Assembly (NCBI GenBank): GCA_003140095.1
Contig: PLIU01000157.1
Coordinates: forward strand, 971 to 64,970
Origin: Verrucomicrobiales bacterium
GTDB taxonomy: Bacteria > Verrucomicrobiota > Verrucomicrobiia > Limisphaerales > Palsa-1400
DNA length: 64,000 nt
Direction of reading: 5' to 3'
This document shows, piece after piece, positions 36,370 through 45,620 of the stretch (positions are counted from its first letter, which is position 1; every line of letters begins with the position of its first letter). Below the pieces are notes generated by a model. The model did no database searches, was not told the origin of the DNA, and saw only the letters and a list, made by a program, of their open reading frames with translations. Position numbers and translations under genes: made by a program.

Positions 36370-37242
36370 ATGGTTAAAGGCATCATTCTCGCTGGTGGCG
36401 CAGGTTCGCGTCTATACCCGCTCACCCTGGTGGCCAGCAAACAGTTGCAGCCGGTCTATGACAAGCCGATGGTGTATTATCCGTTGACCACGCTAATCGA
36501 GAACGGGGTGCGGGAGTTGTGCCTGATCGCCACGCCGGCCGATCTGCCGCGTTTCCGTCAACTATTGGGAGACGGAGCAGCCTGGGGCTTGTCGATCGAA
36601 TACCTTGCCCAGGCCAAGCCAGCCGGCATTGCCCAGGCCTTTTTGATCGCCGCTTCGTTCATCGGCTCCGACCCGGTCACGCTGATATTGGGCGATAACA
36701 TTTTCTATGGGGCCGACGGTTTCAAGCGGGCGTTTGCGGATTTCCAGGATGGCGCTTCCATCTTTGGCTATCGCGTCCACGATCCCGAACGCTATGGCGT
36801 AGTGGAATTCGACTCTGAGGGGCGCGCCCTTTCCATCCAAGAAAAGCCCAGCCAGCCGCGCAGCAACCACGCGGTGCCGGGACTCTATCTGTATGACAAC
36901 CAAGTGGTGGAGATCACCAAAAACCTTCGTCCGTCGGAACGCGGTGAATTGGAAATCACCGATGTAAACGTCGCTTACTTGCGGCGCGGCCAATTGCGGG
37001 TTCACCAGTTGAGCCGGGGTTTCGCGTGGCTGGATGCCGGCACCAGCAGCAGCCTGCATGAGGCTTCAGCTTACGTCCAAACGATTGAGAAGCGGCAGGG
37101 CATCAAGATTGGCTGCCCGGAGGAGGCGGCGTTCCGGCGCGGGTTTATGAGCCGGGACGAATTGGAAAAGCAAACCGCGCAGATGCCCAACTGCGAATAC
37201 CGCGATTACCTACATCGCGTCCTGGCGGAGGCAGCTCGTTGA
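36370..37242 (+). CDS. rfbA: Glucose-1-phosphate thymidylyltransferase
   Basis: MVKGIILAGGAGSRLYPLTLVASKQLQPVYDKPMVYYPLTTL...GDNIFYG...PERYGVVEFD...EKP..P.SN.AV.GLY.YD...RGELEITDVN..YL. Confidence 0.9.
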   Translation: MVKGIILAGGAGSRLYPLTLVASKQLQPVYDKPMVYYPLTTLIENGVRELCLIATPADLPRFRQLLGDGAAWGLSIEYLAQAKPAGIAQAFLIAASFIGSDPVTLILGDNIFYGADGFKRAFADFQDGASIFGYRVHDPERYGVVEFDSEGRALSIQEKPSQPRSNHAVPGLYLYDNQVVEITKNLRPSERGELEITDVNVAYLRRGQLRVHQLSRGFAWLDAGTSSSLHEASAYVQTIEKRQGIKIGCPEEAAFRRGFMSRDELEKQTAQMPNCEYRDYLHRVLAEAAR

Positions 37243-37243
37243 T

Positions 37244-38194
37244 ATGATTGTTCTTTTAGGCGCCACAGGTTACATCGGGCGGCAATTTGCCGCAGCGCTG
37301 GAGGCGCAAGGCTGGCCCTTTGTCGCGCCCTCGCGCGCAGAAGTCGATTATACGCGGTTCGGCGTGTTGCGGGCGTATTTAGGCCGGACCAAGCCGGATT
37401 TTCTGATCAACGCGGCCGGCTACACCGGCAAACCCAATGTGGATGCCTGCGAGCAAAACCGGGCCGACACCTTGCAAGGCAACGCGCTCTTTCCGGCGAC
37501 GGTGGCCCACGTCTGCGCCAGCTTGAACATTCCTTGGGGACACGTTTCCTCCGGTTGCATTTTTTCTGGCGCCAAAGTGGCTGTCCTGGGGCGTGGCCGC
37601 GTGGAACGCGATTTAACGCAACCCTCGATGGCGCTGATGCTGCGGCAGAATCGCGGCGCTTTTCAAGGGTTCACCGAAGAGGACGAGCCGAATTTCAGTT
37701 TTCGCCGGCCCCCGTGCAGTTTTTACAGCGGGTCCAAGGCACTGGGCGAGGAGGCGATCCAAGGGTTTGGCCAGCATTATATTTGGCGCTTGCGCATTCC
37801 GTTCGATCAATTCGACGATCCGCGCAATTATCTGAGCAAGCTGCAGCAGTACCCCAAGGTCTATGAGAACGTCAACTCGCTCTCGCACCGCGGGGATTTT
37901 GTGACGGCTTGCCTGGAGTTGTGGCGGCGGCGGGCGCCCTTTGGCGTTTACAATGTGACCAATCCGGGGTTTGTTAGCTCCAGCCAAGTTGTGGAGATGA
38001 TTCAAAAAATACTCAAGCCGCGCCGCGCCTTCGGTTTTTGGGCCAGCGACGAGGAGTTCTACCGCGTGGCCGCCAAGACGCCGCGCTCCAACTGCATCCT
38101 GGACGTATCCAAACTGCTGGCCACCGGCGTGCCCATGCGCCCGGTGGAGGAGGCGCTGGCGGATGCTTTGCAAAAATGGAGTCCCCGGTCATGA
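37244..38194 (+). CDS. NRS/ER (UER1)-like SDR: putative bifunctional 4-keto-6-deoxyhexose 3,5-epimerase/4-reductase (occupies the rmlD position)
   Basis: Colinear with my recollection of Arabidopsis [42 protein letters not shown]...SSGCIF vs FNAAGVTGRPNVDWCESHKVETIRTNVAGTLTLADIC...[16 protein letters not shown]...[12 protein letters not shown] vs GFKEEDTPNFTGSFYSKTKAMVEE. LRIPF...[13 protein letters not shown]...NSL vs [53 protein letters not shown] vs [30 protein letters not shown] vs RSNNELDATKL. Confidence 0.7.
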   Translation: MIVLLGATGYIGRQFAAALEAQGWPFVAPSRAEVDYTRFGVLRAYLGRTKPDFLINAAGYTGKPNVDACEQNRADTLQGNALFPATVAHVCASLNIPWGHVSSGCIFSGAKVAVLGRGRVERDLTQPSMALMLRQNRGAFQGFTEEDEPNFSFRRPPCSFYSGSKALGEEAIQGFGQHYIWRLRIPFDQFDDPRNYLSKLQQYPKVYENVNSLSHRGDFVTACLELWRRRAPFGVYNVTNPGFVSSSQVVEMIQKILKPRRAFGFWASDEEFYRVAAKTPRSNCILDVSKLLATGVPMRPVEEALADALQKWSPRS

Positions 38195-39204
38195 ATTTGC
38201 TCTTGACGGGTGGCGCCGGCTTCATCGGCTCCAACCTGATTTACCATATCATTGACCATCCGGAAATCCGCCTTCTGGTCAATCTCGATTGCCTGACCTA
38301 TGCCGGCCGGTTGGAAAATCTGGAAGGCCTGGAGCGGCATCCGAACTACCGCTTTGAAAAGGCCGACTTGCGCGACAAAGACGCGGTCTTTGACGTCGTG
38401 GCCCGGCATGCCGTCACCCATGTGTTGCACCTGGCGGCGGAGTCGCACGTGGACAGGTCCATTAGCGGTCCAGGGGATTTCATCCATACGAACATTGTGG
38501 GAACGTTCAACTTGTTGGAGGCGTTGCGGGCGACGTGGGGGGGCAACTGGGTCGGCCGGCGTTTCCACCACGTCTCGACGGATGAAGTTTATGGCAGCCT
38601 GGGGCCGGCGGGATATTTTACGGAGACGACGCCGTACGCACCCAATTCCCCGTATTCGGCCAGCAAGGCCGCCAGTGATTTTCTGGTGCGCTCGTACCAT
38701 CACACCTACGGGCTGCCGGTGGTGACGACCAATTGTTCCAATAACTACGGACCCCGCCAATTTCCGGAAAAGCTCATTCCCGTGACCATCGAAAGCATCT
38801 GTGCGCGGCGGGCCATTCCGGTTTATGGCGACGGCATGAATGTGCGCGACTGGCTCTATGTGCGCGATCATGCCGAGGCCCTGTGGCAGGTCTTGACGCG
38901 GGGCCGGGATGGGGAAACTTACAATATCGGCGGACACAACGAGTGGGCCAACCTTCGCATGGTCGAGTTGATCTGCGATATCATGGACGAGTTGGCGCCG
39001 GAGTTGGGCGGGTCCTCGCGGCGTCTGATTACTTTCGTCAAGGACCGGGCCGGCCATGACCGGCGTTATGCGATTGATGCCGGCAAGATGGAGAGGGAAC
39101 TGGGCTGGACGCCAGCCCATACTTTCCAATCCGGCTTGCGCGAGACGATTCAGTGGTATTTGAAGAATCAAGATTGGGTCAAACGTGTCAAGAAAAAGGC
39201 ATGA
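38191..39204 (+). CDS. rfbB: dTDP-glucose 4,6-dehydratase
   Basis: ATG 38191 (ATGA overlap). [21 protein letters not shown]...[13 protein letters not shown]......Y.F.K.D..D...[23 protein letters not shown]...[11 protein letters not shown]...PYSASKA.SD.LV. Confidence 0.9.
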   Translation: MNLLLTGGAGFIGSNLIYHIIDHPEIRLLVNLDCLTYAGRLENLEGLERHPNYRFEKADLRDKDAVFDVVARHAVTHVLHLAAESHVDRSISGPGDFIHTNIVGTFNLLEALRATWGGNWVGRRFHHVSTDEVYGSLGPAGYFTETTPYAPNSPYSASKAASDFLVRSYHHTYGLPVVTTNCSNNYGPRQFPEKLIPVTIESICARRAIPVYGDGMNVRDWLYVRDHAEALWQVLTRGRDGETYNIGGHNEWANLRMVELICDIMDELAPELGGSSRRLITFVKDRAGHDRRYAIDAGKMERELGWTPAHTFQSGLRETIQWYLKNQDWVKRVKKKA

Positions 39205-39211
39205 TCAATTT

Positions 39212-40210
39212 ATGAGGCGGCCTGATCGGCCGCCATTGCGGATGGAACACGCCCACAACGAGCACCTCAAAACAAACATGAATGCTGAAATTCCTTATGC
39301 TGCCGACCCCGAAGGGGCAACGGTGCGGCGGCAACTCCGACGGTTGGCGGTGGTGGCGGCGCTATTGGCGGTCTGCTTCGGATGGCCGCTGCTGCAGTTG
39401 ATCACCTTTGCCGCCCATAGCGATTTGTTCTCTTGCATCCTGTTGGTGCCCTTCATTAGCGGGTACTTGATCTGGACCATCCGAAAAACTTTGAACCTCC
39501 AGGACGTACGTCCATGCTGGCCGGGGGCGATGCTGGGATGGATGGCGGGAGGGGCCATCATCGCCGCGTATTGGATGGGCCGGCGCGACGGGTGGGCGCC
39601 TCAGACGCAGGATTACTTGACGCTGATGACTTTGGCCTTTCTATGCTGCTTCTGGGGCGTTTGCCTGGCGATGCTGGGGTCCAAGCTGGTGGGGCAGATC
39701 CTATTTCCGCTGGCGTTCCTTGTCTTCGCCGTGCCCATGCCTGCGAGTTGGCTCCTTCACATCGACACGTTTTTTCAATATACGTCCGCCGCGATGGCCG
39801 AGGCGTTTTTAAAGGTGACTGGCGAGCCGGTCTGGCGGAACGGGTTGGACCTGCAACTAACGACTCTGCGAATGAGGGTGGCGCCCGAATGCAGCGGGAT
39901 TCATTCGACCTTGGTGCTGTTAATCACCAGCTTTCTGGCGGGCTATTTGTTCCTGAGGCAGTATTGGACGCGGGCTGTGTTGGTATTGATCGTGGTTCCC
40001 CTGGCCATTCTCCGAAACGGATTCCGTGTTTTCACGCTGGGCTGGCTGGGCGAACATCTCTTTCCGACCATACTCGATTCACCCTTTCATCATCATGGCG
40101 GGCCGATCTTCTTCGCTTTGTCGTTGATTCCCTTTTTTTTGCTGCTGGTCTTTCTGCGCAAGCGGGAAGTTCAAGCGAGCAAGGTACCACACCCCCAGCC
40201 GGAGAACTGA
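39212..40210 (+). CDS. Exosortase (EpsH/XrtA-like transpeptidase for PEP-CTERM-type proteins)
   Basis: Polytopic membrane protein with the family signature: ...RVAPECSGIHS (Cys codon 39890-39892), ...AILRNGFRV..., ...HHHGGPIFF. It is immediately followed by a TPR lipoprotein. The start is uncertain (ATG 39212, 39242 or 39278). Confidence 0.85.
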   Translation: MRRPDRPPLRMEHAHNEHLKTNMNAEIPYAADPEGATVRRQLRRLAVVAALLAVCFGWPLLQLITFAAHSDLFSCILLVPFISGYLIWTIRKTLNLQDVRPCWPGAMLGWMAGGAIIAAYWMGRRDGWAPQTQDYLTLMTLAFLCCFWGVCLAMLGSKLVGQILFPLAFLVFAVPMPASWLLHIDTFFQYTSAAMAEAFLKVTGEPVWRNGLDLQLTTLRMRVAPECSGIHSTLVLLITSFLAGYLFLRQYWTRAVLVLIVVPLAILRNGFRVFTLGWLGEHLFPTILDSPFHHHGGPIFFALSLIPFFLLLVFLRKREVQASKVPHPQPEN

Positions 40211-40214
40211 GACG

Positions 40215-43200
40215 ATGAAGAAAACATTCTGCTCTCACTGCTCCGTCCTCGTGGCCTTGGCCCTGTGCCTGGTCTTGAGCGCGGGGTGCTCCAAGGCATC
40301 CGAAGCCCGGCGTGTTTTGGAGTCGGCCAATAGCGACTTTCAAAAGAAGAAGTACGACGAGGCGGAAAAAGAGTACCGATCGGTTCTGCGCTTGTCGCTG
40401 CGCAATCCGGTGGCCATTCGCCAATTGGGCCTCATCTATTTTGAGGAAGGCCGTTCTGCGCTGGCGTTCCGGTTCTTGCAAGAATCCTTGAAGCAGGATC
40501 CAAAGAACACGGAGGTTCAAGTAAGAATGGCGGAGCTTTACGGGACCGGCGGAGACTCGAAAAAGGCCGAAGAGTTGTTGGGGTCGGTGCTGAATGCGGA
40601 TCCCGGCAATGAACGTGCCTTGGCTCTGCTGGTGGAAACGTGCCCCACCAATGAAATCGCCAGCGTGGGCGAGAGGCTGAAAACACAAATACTGGAAGGG
40701 GGCCAAGGGGAGGCGGCCTGCCACTCGGCCCTGGGTTGGATCTATCTGCGGATGCAGAAACTGAGCGACGCGGAAATCGAATTTAATAAGGGTTCGGCGC
40801 TGGACCCAAAGCTGGCTTCCCCTTACATCGGCTGGGCAGCCCTCTACTCCCTGCGCAAAGACGCCACGGGACTCGAAAAGTCCATTAAGGCCGCGGCCGA
40901 ACGGTCGCCCGTTCGCTCTTCCATTCGGTTAAGATACGTGGAATTTAAAGTGCAAACCGGGGCCGGGGAGGAAGCCAAAGAAATGTTGCGCGATATCACC
41001 AGGCAGGCGCCGGATTACATACCGGCGTGGCTCTCTCTGATGAAAATCGCCTTCGCGGAACACAAGTACGACGAGTGCAAGACCAACATTGACACGATTC
41101 TGGCCCGGGACAGTTTGAACTTCGATGCGATGATGGAGTCGGGCACCCTGGCTCTGACCCAGCGTGACGGCCCGAGGGCGCTGGCCGTTCTCCTGCAATT
41201 GAATGAGGTGTATAAAACCGTGCCTCAAGCCAAATACGATTTGGCCAAGGCTTATTTGTTGAACAACGACAAACAGAAGGCCGTGGCCAATCTGAAGGAA
41301 GCTCTGAGCTTGAACCGCGATTATGAGCCGGCGACGCTCCTGCTGGCGCAATTGGACTTTGGCTCGGGCAATTTCAACGAGTCGGAAACCCTCCTCTCGA
41401 AATCGATTAAGAACCATCCTGAGGATGCGCAAGCGCAGATGACGCTGGCGGAGACCTATCTGGCGCAGGACCAGCCGAAGCGCGCCTTGGAAGTGTATCA
41501 GAAGCTGGCGCAAATGTATCCCAAGAACCCCGAAATCCTGCGCACGATGGGGGTGGTTTATTATAAACTGGGCGACAGCGCGAAGGCGCGCGCAGCTTTC
41601 GAGAAATCCCTGGAGCAGGCGCCTGATTACATGCCCAGCCTGCAACAAATCAACAGTCTGGACATTTCCGAAAAGCGTTATGCCGAAGCCCACCGGCGCA
41701 TAGACCGGATCATAGAGCAGAATCCAAAAGTAGCGTCACCTTTGATCTTGCAGGGGGATATCTACCGGAACGAGGGGCAAACCAACCTGGCAGAGTCCGC
41801 TTATGCCAAGGCCATTGAAATCAATCCCGAACTGTCCGCCGCATACCTGAGTCTGGCAGAGATTTACTTGCACTCCAATCAGGAACAGCGAGCGCTGGAT
41901 CGGCTGGTCGCCTTGGCGGCCAAACACACCAACGACATCACAGCCTTGATGATGATCGGGGGCATCGAGCAAACGGCGGGCCGCTATGATAAGGCTGCTG
42001 ACGCCTATAAAAAAGTGCTGGCGGTCGATTCGAACTCATTCGTCGCCTTGAACAATTTAGCCTATGTGGATTCCGAGCACTTGAGCAAAGTCGATGAGGC
42101 CCTCCAACTGGCCACGAGGGCTAGGGCGCTTCGCCCCGATGACCCGCGCGCAGCCGATACGCTGGGATGGATTCTGTTTAAGAAACGCGAGTATGCCCAA
42201 GCCCGCAGCGCGATCCAGGAGAGCGCGGACAAACAGCCCGGCGATCCTGAGGTGCAAATGCATTTAGGCATGGCTCACTACATGTTGGGAGAGGAAAAGC
42301 CCGCGCACCTTTGGTTGCAGCAGGCTGTGGCCAGCCACGCTGATTTCCCCGGCAAAGACGCGGCGCGGCGCCACCTGGAGGTCCTGGACATCGATCCCAC
42401 CACGGCCACTCCGGAGGTGGTGCAGAAATTGCAAGCCATGGTACAGGAGGACCCGCTGGACCCTGTGCCGTGGAGCCATCTGGCTGCCATTGAGGAGCAA
42501 CGCGGAGATGCGCGAAAAGCCGCCGATTCGCTCCAAAAACTTCTCTTGATCAATCCCAAGGATGCGTCGGCCATGATTCGATTGTCCCGCTTGTACGCCG
42601 ATCAGCTCAAAGAACCCCACAAGGCGTTTGATCTGGCCAAATCAGCGCACAGTCTGGCGCCCGACGATGGCCGTGCCTCCGCACTGCTGGGGGAGTTGGC
42701 GTATCTGAGCAACGATTATCCCTGGGCCATGCACCTGTTGGAGGATGCGGCCCATCGGGTCTCCGATCAACCGTCGTTGTTCTATCACTTGGCCTTGGCC
42801 TACTACGCCATGGGCAAGACCACCGACGCGGATGAGGCCATGCAAAAGGCGGTGCAGCAGGGTGATTCCCCGTCCAACCTCGTTCAAGCCAAACAGTTCC
42901 AGGCCATGCGCGCGGCAGTCAAGGATCCTGCTAAAGCCCAAGCCTCCAGCGCGCAGGTGGAGCAGATTCTGGCAAAGGACCCAAATTATGTGCCAGCCTT
43001 GATGGTGTCGGCGCTGCAGGCGGAGCGCAAGCCCGCGCGCGACGAAGCCGTGCAGACATACAAGAAAGTGCTGACCATCTATCCGCTTTTTGTCCCGGCC
43101 ACGCGCCAATTGGCCATCCTGTATAGCCAGAGCCAGAATCAAGGCGACCTGGACAAGGCTTACGATATGGCCGAAAAGGCCAGAGCCTCCTTGCCCAACG

Positions 43201-43463
43201 ATCTGGAATTGGCCAAGACGGTGGGACTTCTGGCCTACGGCCGCAAGGATTACAACAGATCGATGCTCTATCTCAAGGAATATGCCGAGAAATCCGGCGG
43301 CGACGGCGATGCGTTTTATTATCTGGGCATGGATTACTATAACCTCAAGCAGACAAACCTATGCAAGCAGGCTTTGACCAACGCGCTGGCCCTCCACAGT
43401 TCCGAAAGTTTGAAAGGCCATGCCGAGGGCATTCTCAAGGACTTGAATAAGAAATTGCAGTGA
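40215..43463 (+). CDS. Very large TPR-repeat lipoprotein (PrsT-like, PEP-CTERM system-associated)
   Basis: 1082 aa. Lipobox LVLSAGC|S. About 25 consecutive 34-aa TPR units (A..Y...L...P.N..A...L). Confidence 0.8.
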   Translation: MKKTFCSHCSVLVALALCLVLSAGCSKASEARRVLESANSDFQKKKYDEAEKEYRSVLRLSLRNPVAIRQLGLIYFEEGRSALAFRFLQESLKQDPKNTEVQVRMAELYGTGGDSKKAEELLGSVLNADPGNERALALLVETCPTNEIASVGERLKTQILEGGQGEAACHSALGWIYLRMQKLSDAEIEFNKGSALDPKLASPYIGWAALYSLRKDATGLEKSIKAAAERSPVRSSIRLRYVEFKVQTGAGEEAKEMLRDITRQAPDYIPAWLSLMKIAFAEHKYDECKTNIDTILARDSLNFDAMMESGTLALTQRDGPRALAVLLQLNEVYKTVPQAKYDLAKAYLLNNDKQKAVANLKEALSLNRDYEPATLLLAQLDFGSGNFNESETLLSKSIKNHPEDAQAQMTLAETYLAQDQPKRALEVYQKLAQMYPKNPEILRTMGVVYYKLGDSAKARAAFEKSLEQAPDYMPSLQQINSLDISEKRYAEAHRRIDRIIEQNPKVASPLILQGDIYRNEGQTNLAESAYAKAIEINPELSAAYLSLAEIYLHSNQEQRALDRLVALAAKHTNDITALMMIGGIEQTAGRYDKAADAYKKVLAVDSNSFVALNNLAYVDSEHLSKVDEALQLATRARALRPDDPRAADTLGWILFKKREYAQARSAIQESADKQPGDPEVQMHLGMAHYMLGEEKPAHLWLQQAVASHADFPGKDAARRHLEVLDIDPTTATPEVVQKLQAMVQEDPLDPVPWSHLAAIEEQRGDARKAADSLQKLLLINPKDASAMIRLSRLYADQLKEPHKAFDLAKSAHSLAPDDGRASALLGELAYLSNDYPWAMHLLEDAAHRVSDQPSLFYHLALAYYAMGKTTDADEAMQKAVQQGDSPSNLVQAKQFQAMRAAVKDPAKAQASSAQVEQILAKDPNYVPALMVSALQAERKPARDEAVQTYKKVLTIYPLFVPATRQLAILYSQSQNQGDLDKAYDMAEKARASLPNDLELAKTVGLLAYGRKDYNRSMLYLKEYAEKSGGDGDAFYYLGMDYYNLKQTNLCKQALTNALALHSSESLKGHAEGILKDLNKKLQ

Positions 43464-43620
43464 GATCGACGCAACGGCACCTCGGAAGCCGGCAAGGCTT
43501 CCGGCACCCCCTGTTTAAGCGTAAAAAAAGACTTGAACCGGAAGGGTGAGTGTTCTTGACTTGAGTCATTAAGAGCGAAACGTTCAGTGGCGCCGCAAGC
43601 GGCGCTGGAAGGAGAAACAC

Positions 43621-44319
43621 ATGTTGAAATGTTTAGGTCAGAAAATCAAACGTGCGGTCTGGGTGTCGGGACTCGTGGCCGGCTGGGCGGCCCTTTGCGG
43701 TTGTCAAAGCCAGCCTGCGGCTTCCCAATCCTCGCCAAGCGCAAGCCCCGACGCGAGCGCCGCCGCCCCCGCCCAAACCCCGGCCCACATTGCGGCAGAG
43801 ACTCCTACGACGGATAAATCTCCTTCGCAGGCGTTGCGTGAGGGCGATAGTGTGAAAATTACCTTTCCGGGCGCGCCGACGCTGGACACCGTACAGGTCA
43901 TCCGGCGGGATGGCAAGATTACCCTGAGTATGGTGGGAGAAATGAAGGCGACGGGCCTGACGCCGAAGGAATTGGAGGAGGCATTGTTGAAGGCTTACGG
44001 CGACCAATTAGTTGTCAAAGAAGTCACGGTGACGGTGCAAACATCGGCCTTCGAGGTTTACGTGACCGGCGCGGTGCTCAGGCCGGGCAAGCTTATTTCA
44101 GCCCGCGTGATGACGCCGCTGGAGGCGGTCATCGAAGCGGGCATCGACAACACCAAATCCAACTTGAAGAAAGTCCGCGTCATCCGCGAAAGTGAGAACG
44201 GGAAATCCGAGACCTTCAAATTGAACCTCTACGACGTGATGCACGGCAACCCGACGACACCATTCATCCTCAAGTCGATGGACAAGATTTACGTGCCGGA
44301 AAAATTCTCAGCGTTTTGA
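43621..44319 (+). CDS. Polysaccharide export lipoprotein (Wza/EpsE-like short form: Poly_export plus SLBB)
   Basis: Lipobox AALCGC|Q. LREGDSVKITFPGAP.LDTVQVIRRDGKITL.MVGEMKATGLTP.ELEE.L...Y...L...EVTV.V......V.VTGAV.RPG. The SD GGAAGGAG lies upstream. Confidence 0.85.
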   Translation: MLKCLGQKIKRAVWVSGLVAGWAALCGCQSQPAASQSSPSASPDASAAAPAQTPAHIAAETPTTDKSPSQALREGDSVKITFPGAPTLDTVQVIRRDGKITLSMVGEMKATGLTPKELEEALLKAYGDQLVVKEVTVTVQTSAFEVYVTGAVLRPGKLISARVMTPLEAVIEAGIDNTKSNLKKVRVIRESENGKSETFKLNLYDVMHGNPTTPFILKSMDKIYVPEKFSAF

Positions 44320-44384
44320 CCGGCGCTCAGAACAAATCCGCGCTCTCTCCATGTTGAAAAGAAGTTGGCGGGGGTTTTATCTTT

Positions 44385-44421
44385 CGAGCCTTGTTTCACT
44401 TTTGGTGGGACAAGGCTCGAA
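44385..44421 (+). other. Perfect 11-bp stem-loop in the wza-like/epimerase intergenic region
   Basis: TCGAGCCTTGT (44385-95), 15-nt loop, ACAAGGCTCGA (44411-21). No U-tract follows. It is flanked by direct CATGTTGA at ~44351 and ~44424. Confidence 0.4.
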
Positions 44422-44439
44422 GCATGTTGATGGATAAGC

Positions 44440-45438
44440 ATGAACTTTCTTGTCACAGGCGGGGCAGGCTTCATCGGTTCCCATGTGTGCCAGCGGCTGC
44501 TCGGCGCGGGCCATGAGGTTTGGGCGCTGGACGATCTGAACGGCTTTTATAATCCCGTCCTCAAGCGGCGCAACCTAGCGGAGATTCAGGCGCTGCAAAA
44601 GCCGTTTGTCTTCACCCAAGGCGACGTGGCGGACCGGGCATGCGTCGAGCGTTTGATGCGGGAGGTCAAGTTCGACCAGATCATTCACCTGGCGGCCCGC
44701 GCCGGCGTCCGGCCGAGCCTGGAGGAACCGGCGCTTTATCAGCGCGTCAACGTCGAGGGCACGGCCAACATTCTGGAAGCCGCGCGCGTGAGCGGCGTGG
44801 CCAAAATTACTCTCGCCTCTTCCTCCTCCGTCTATGGCATCAATGCGAAGGTTCCGTTCGCGGAGAGCGATCCGGTCTTTTGCCCAATCTCGCCCTACGC
44901 CGCCAGCAAGCTGGCGTGCGAGGCGCTGGGCCATGTCTATCATCATGTTTATGGCCTGGATATTGTCATGCTGCGGTTTTTCACCGTGTATGGCCCGCGC
45001 CAGCGCCCGGACCTGGCCATCCACAAATTCGCCCGGCGCATCGAGGCCGGAGAGGCAATCGAGCTGTTTGGCGACGGGTCGAGCGCGCGCGATTACACCT
45101 ACATCAGCGATATCGTCGATGGAATCATGGCTTGCGTGCGAGAGACCTTTGGCTATGAAATCTTCAATTTGGGCGGGTCGATCCCGACGAAGTTGTCGCG
45201 TTTGGTCGAATTGCTGGAGGGGGCCTTGGGCAAGAAGGCCCTGGTGGAGAGAAAGCCCGACCAGCCGGGAGATGTACCGCGGACGTGGGCAGATCTTGGC
45301 AAATCAGGCCCGAGTTTAGGGTATGCGCCGAAAGTGAGCATGGAAGAAGGCATTCCGCTTTTCGTGAAATGGTTCCGCGACGCGGGGAGGGATTCCGCCC
45401 GAATCAGGAGCGATATGGCAGATGATAAGATTACCTAA
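44440..45438 (+). CDS. NAD-dependent epimerase, UDP-glucuronate 4-epimerase-like (extended SDR)
   Basis: [37 protein letters not shown]...HLAA.AGVRPS...P..Y...NV.GT.N.LEA...SSSSVYG...SPYAASK...E. Confidence 0.8.
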   Translation: MNFLVTGGAGFIGSHVCQRLLGAGHEVWALDDLNGFYNPVLKRRNLAEIQALQKPFVFTQGDVADRACVERLMREVKFDQIIHLAARAGVRPSLEEPALYQRVNVEGTANILEAARVSGVAKITLASSSSVYGINAKVPFAESDPVFCPISPYAASKLACEALGHVYHHVYGLDIVMLRFFTVYGPRQRPDLAIHKFARRIEAGEAIELFGDGSSARDYTYISDIVDGIMACVRETFGYEIFNLGGSIPTKLSRLVELLEGALGKKALVERKPDQPGDVPRTWADLGKSGPSLGYAPKVSMEEGIPLFVKWFRDAGRDSARIRSDMADDKIT

Positions 45439-45460
45439 TGCTTGAGGAAAGATTCCAGCG

Positions 45461-45540
45461 GCCACAAAAGAGCGAAAGGTAAGACGGATTTTTAACAGAA
45501 GACAACGAACGAGGGACAAGGTCGGTCTTACTTTCGTTCT
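45461..45540 (+). repeat. Short dispersed repeat, copy A (GCCACAAAAGAGCG...ACGGATTT...AACAGAAGACAACGAAC), begins 22 nt after a stop codon
   Basis: Shares a 14-nt core and further blocks with the reverse complement of 62441-62556, and more loosely with 48394-48460. It contains an internal long-range inverted repeat CGAAAGGTAAGAC / GTCTTAC-TTTCG. Confidence 0.45.
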
Positions 45541-45620
45541 GGAGTGTTGTGATCTGGATTTTCATTGGTGGAATCGTTTCGTTTTTCGTTTTTATGGTCG
45601 AGAGTGTCTCCATTGCGGCA

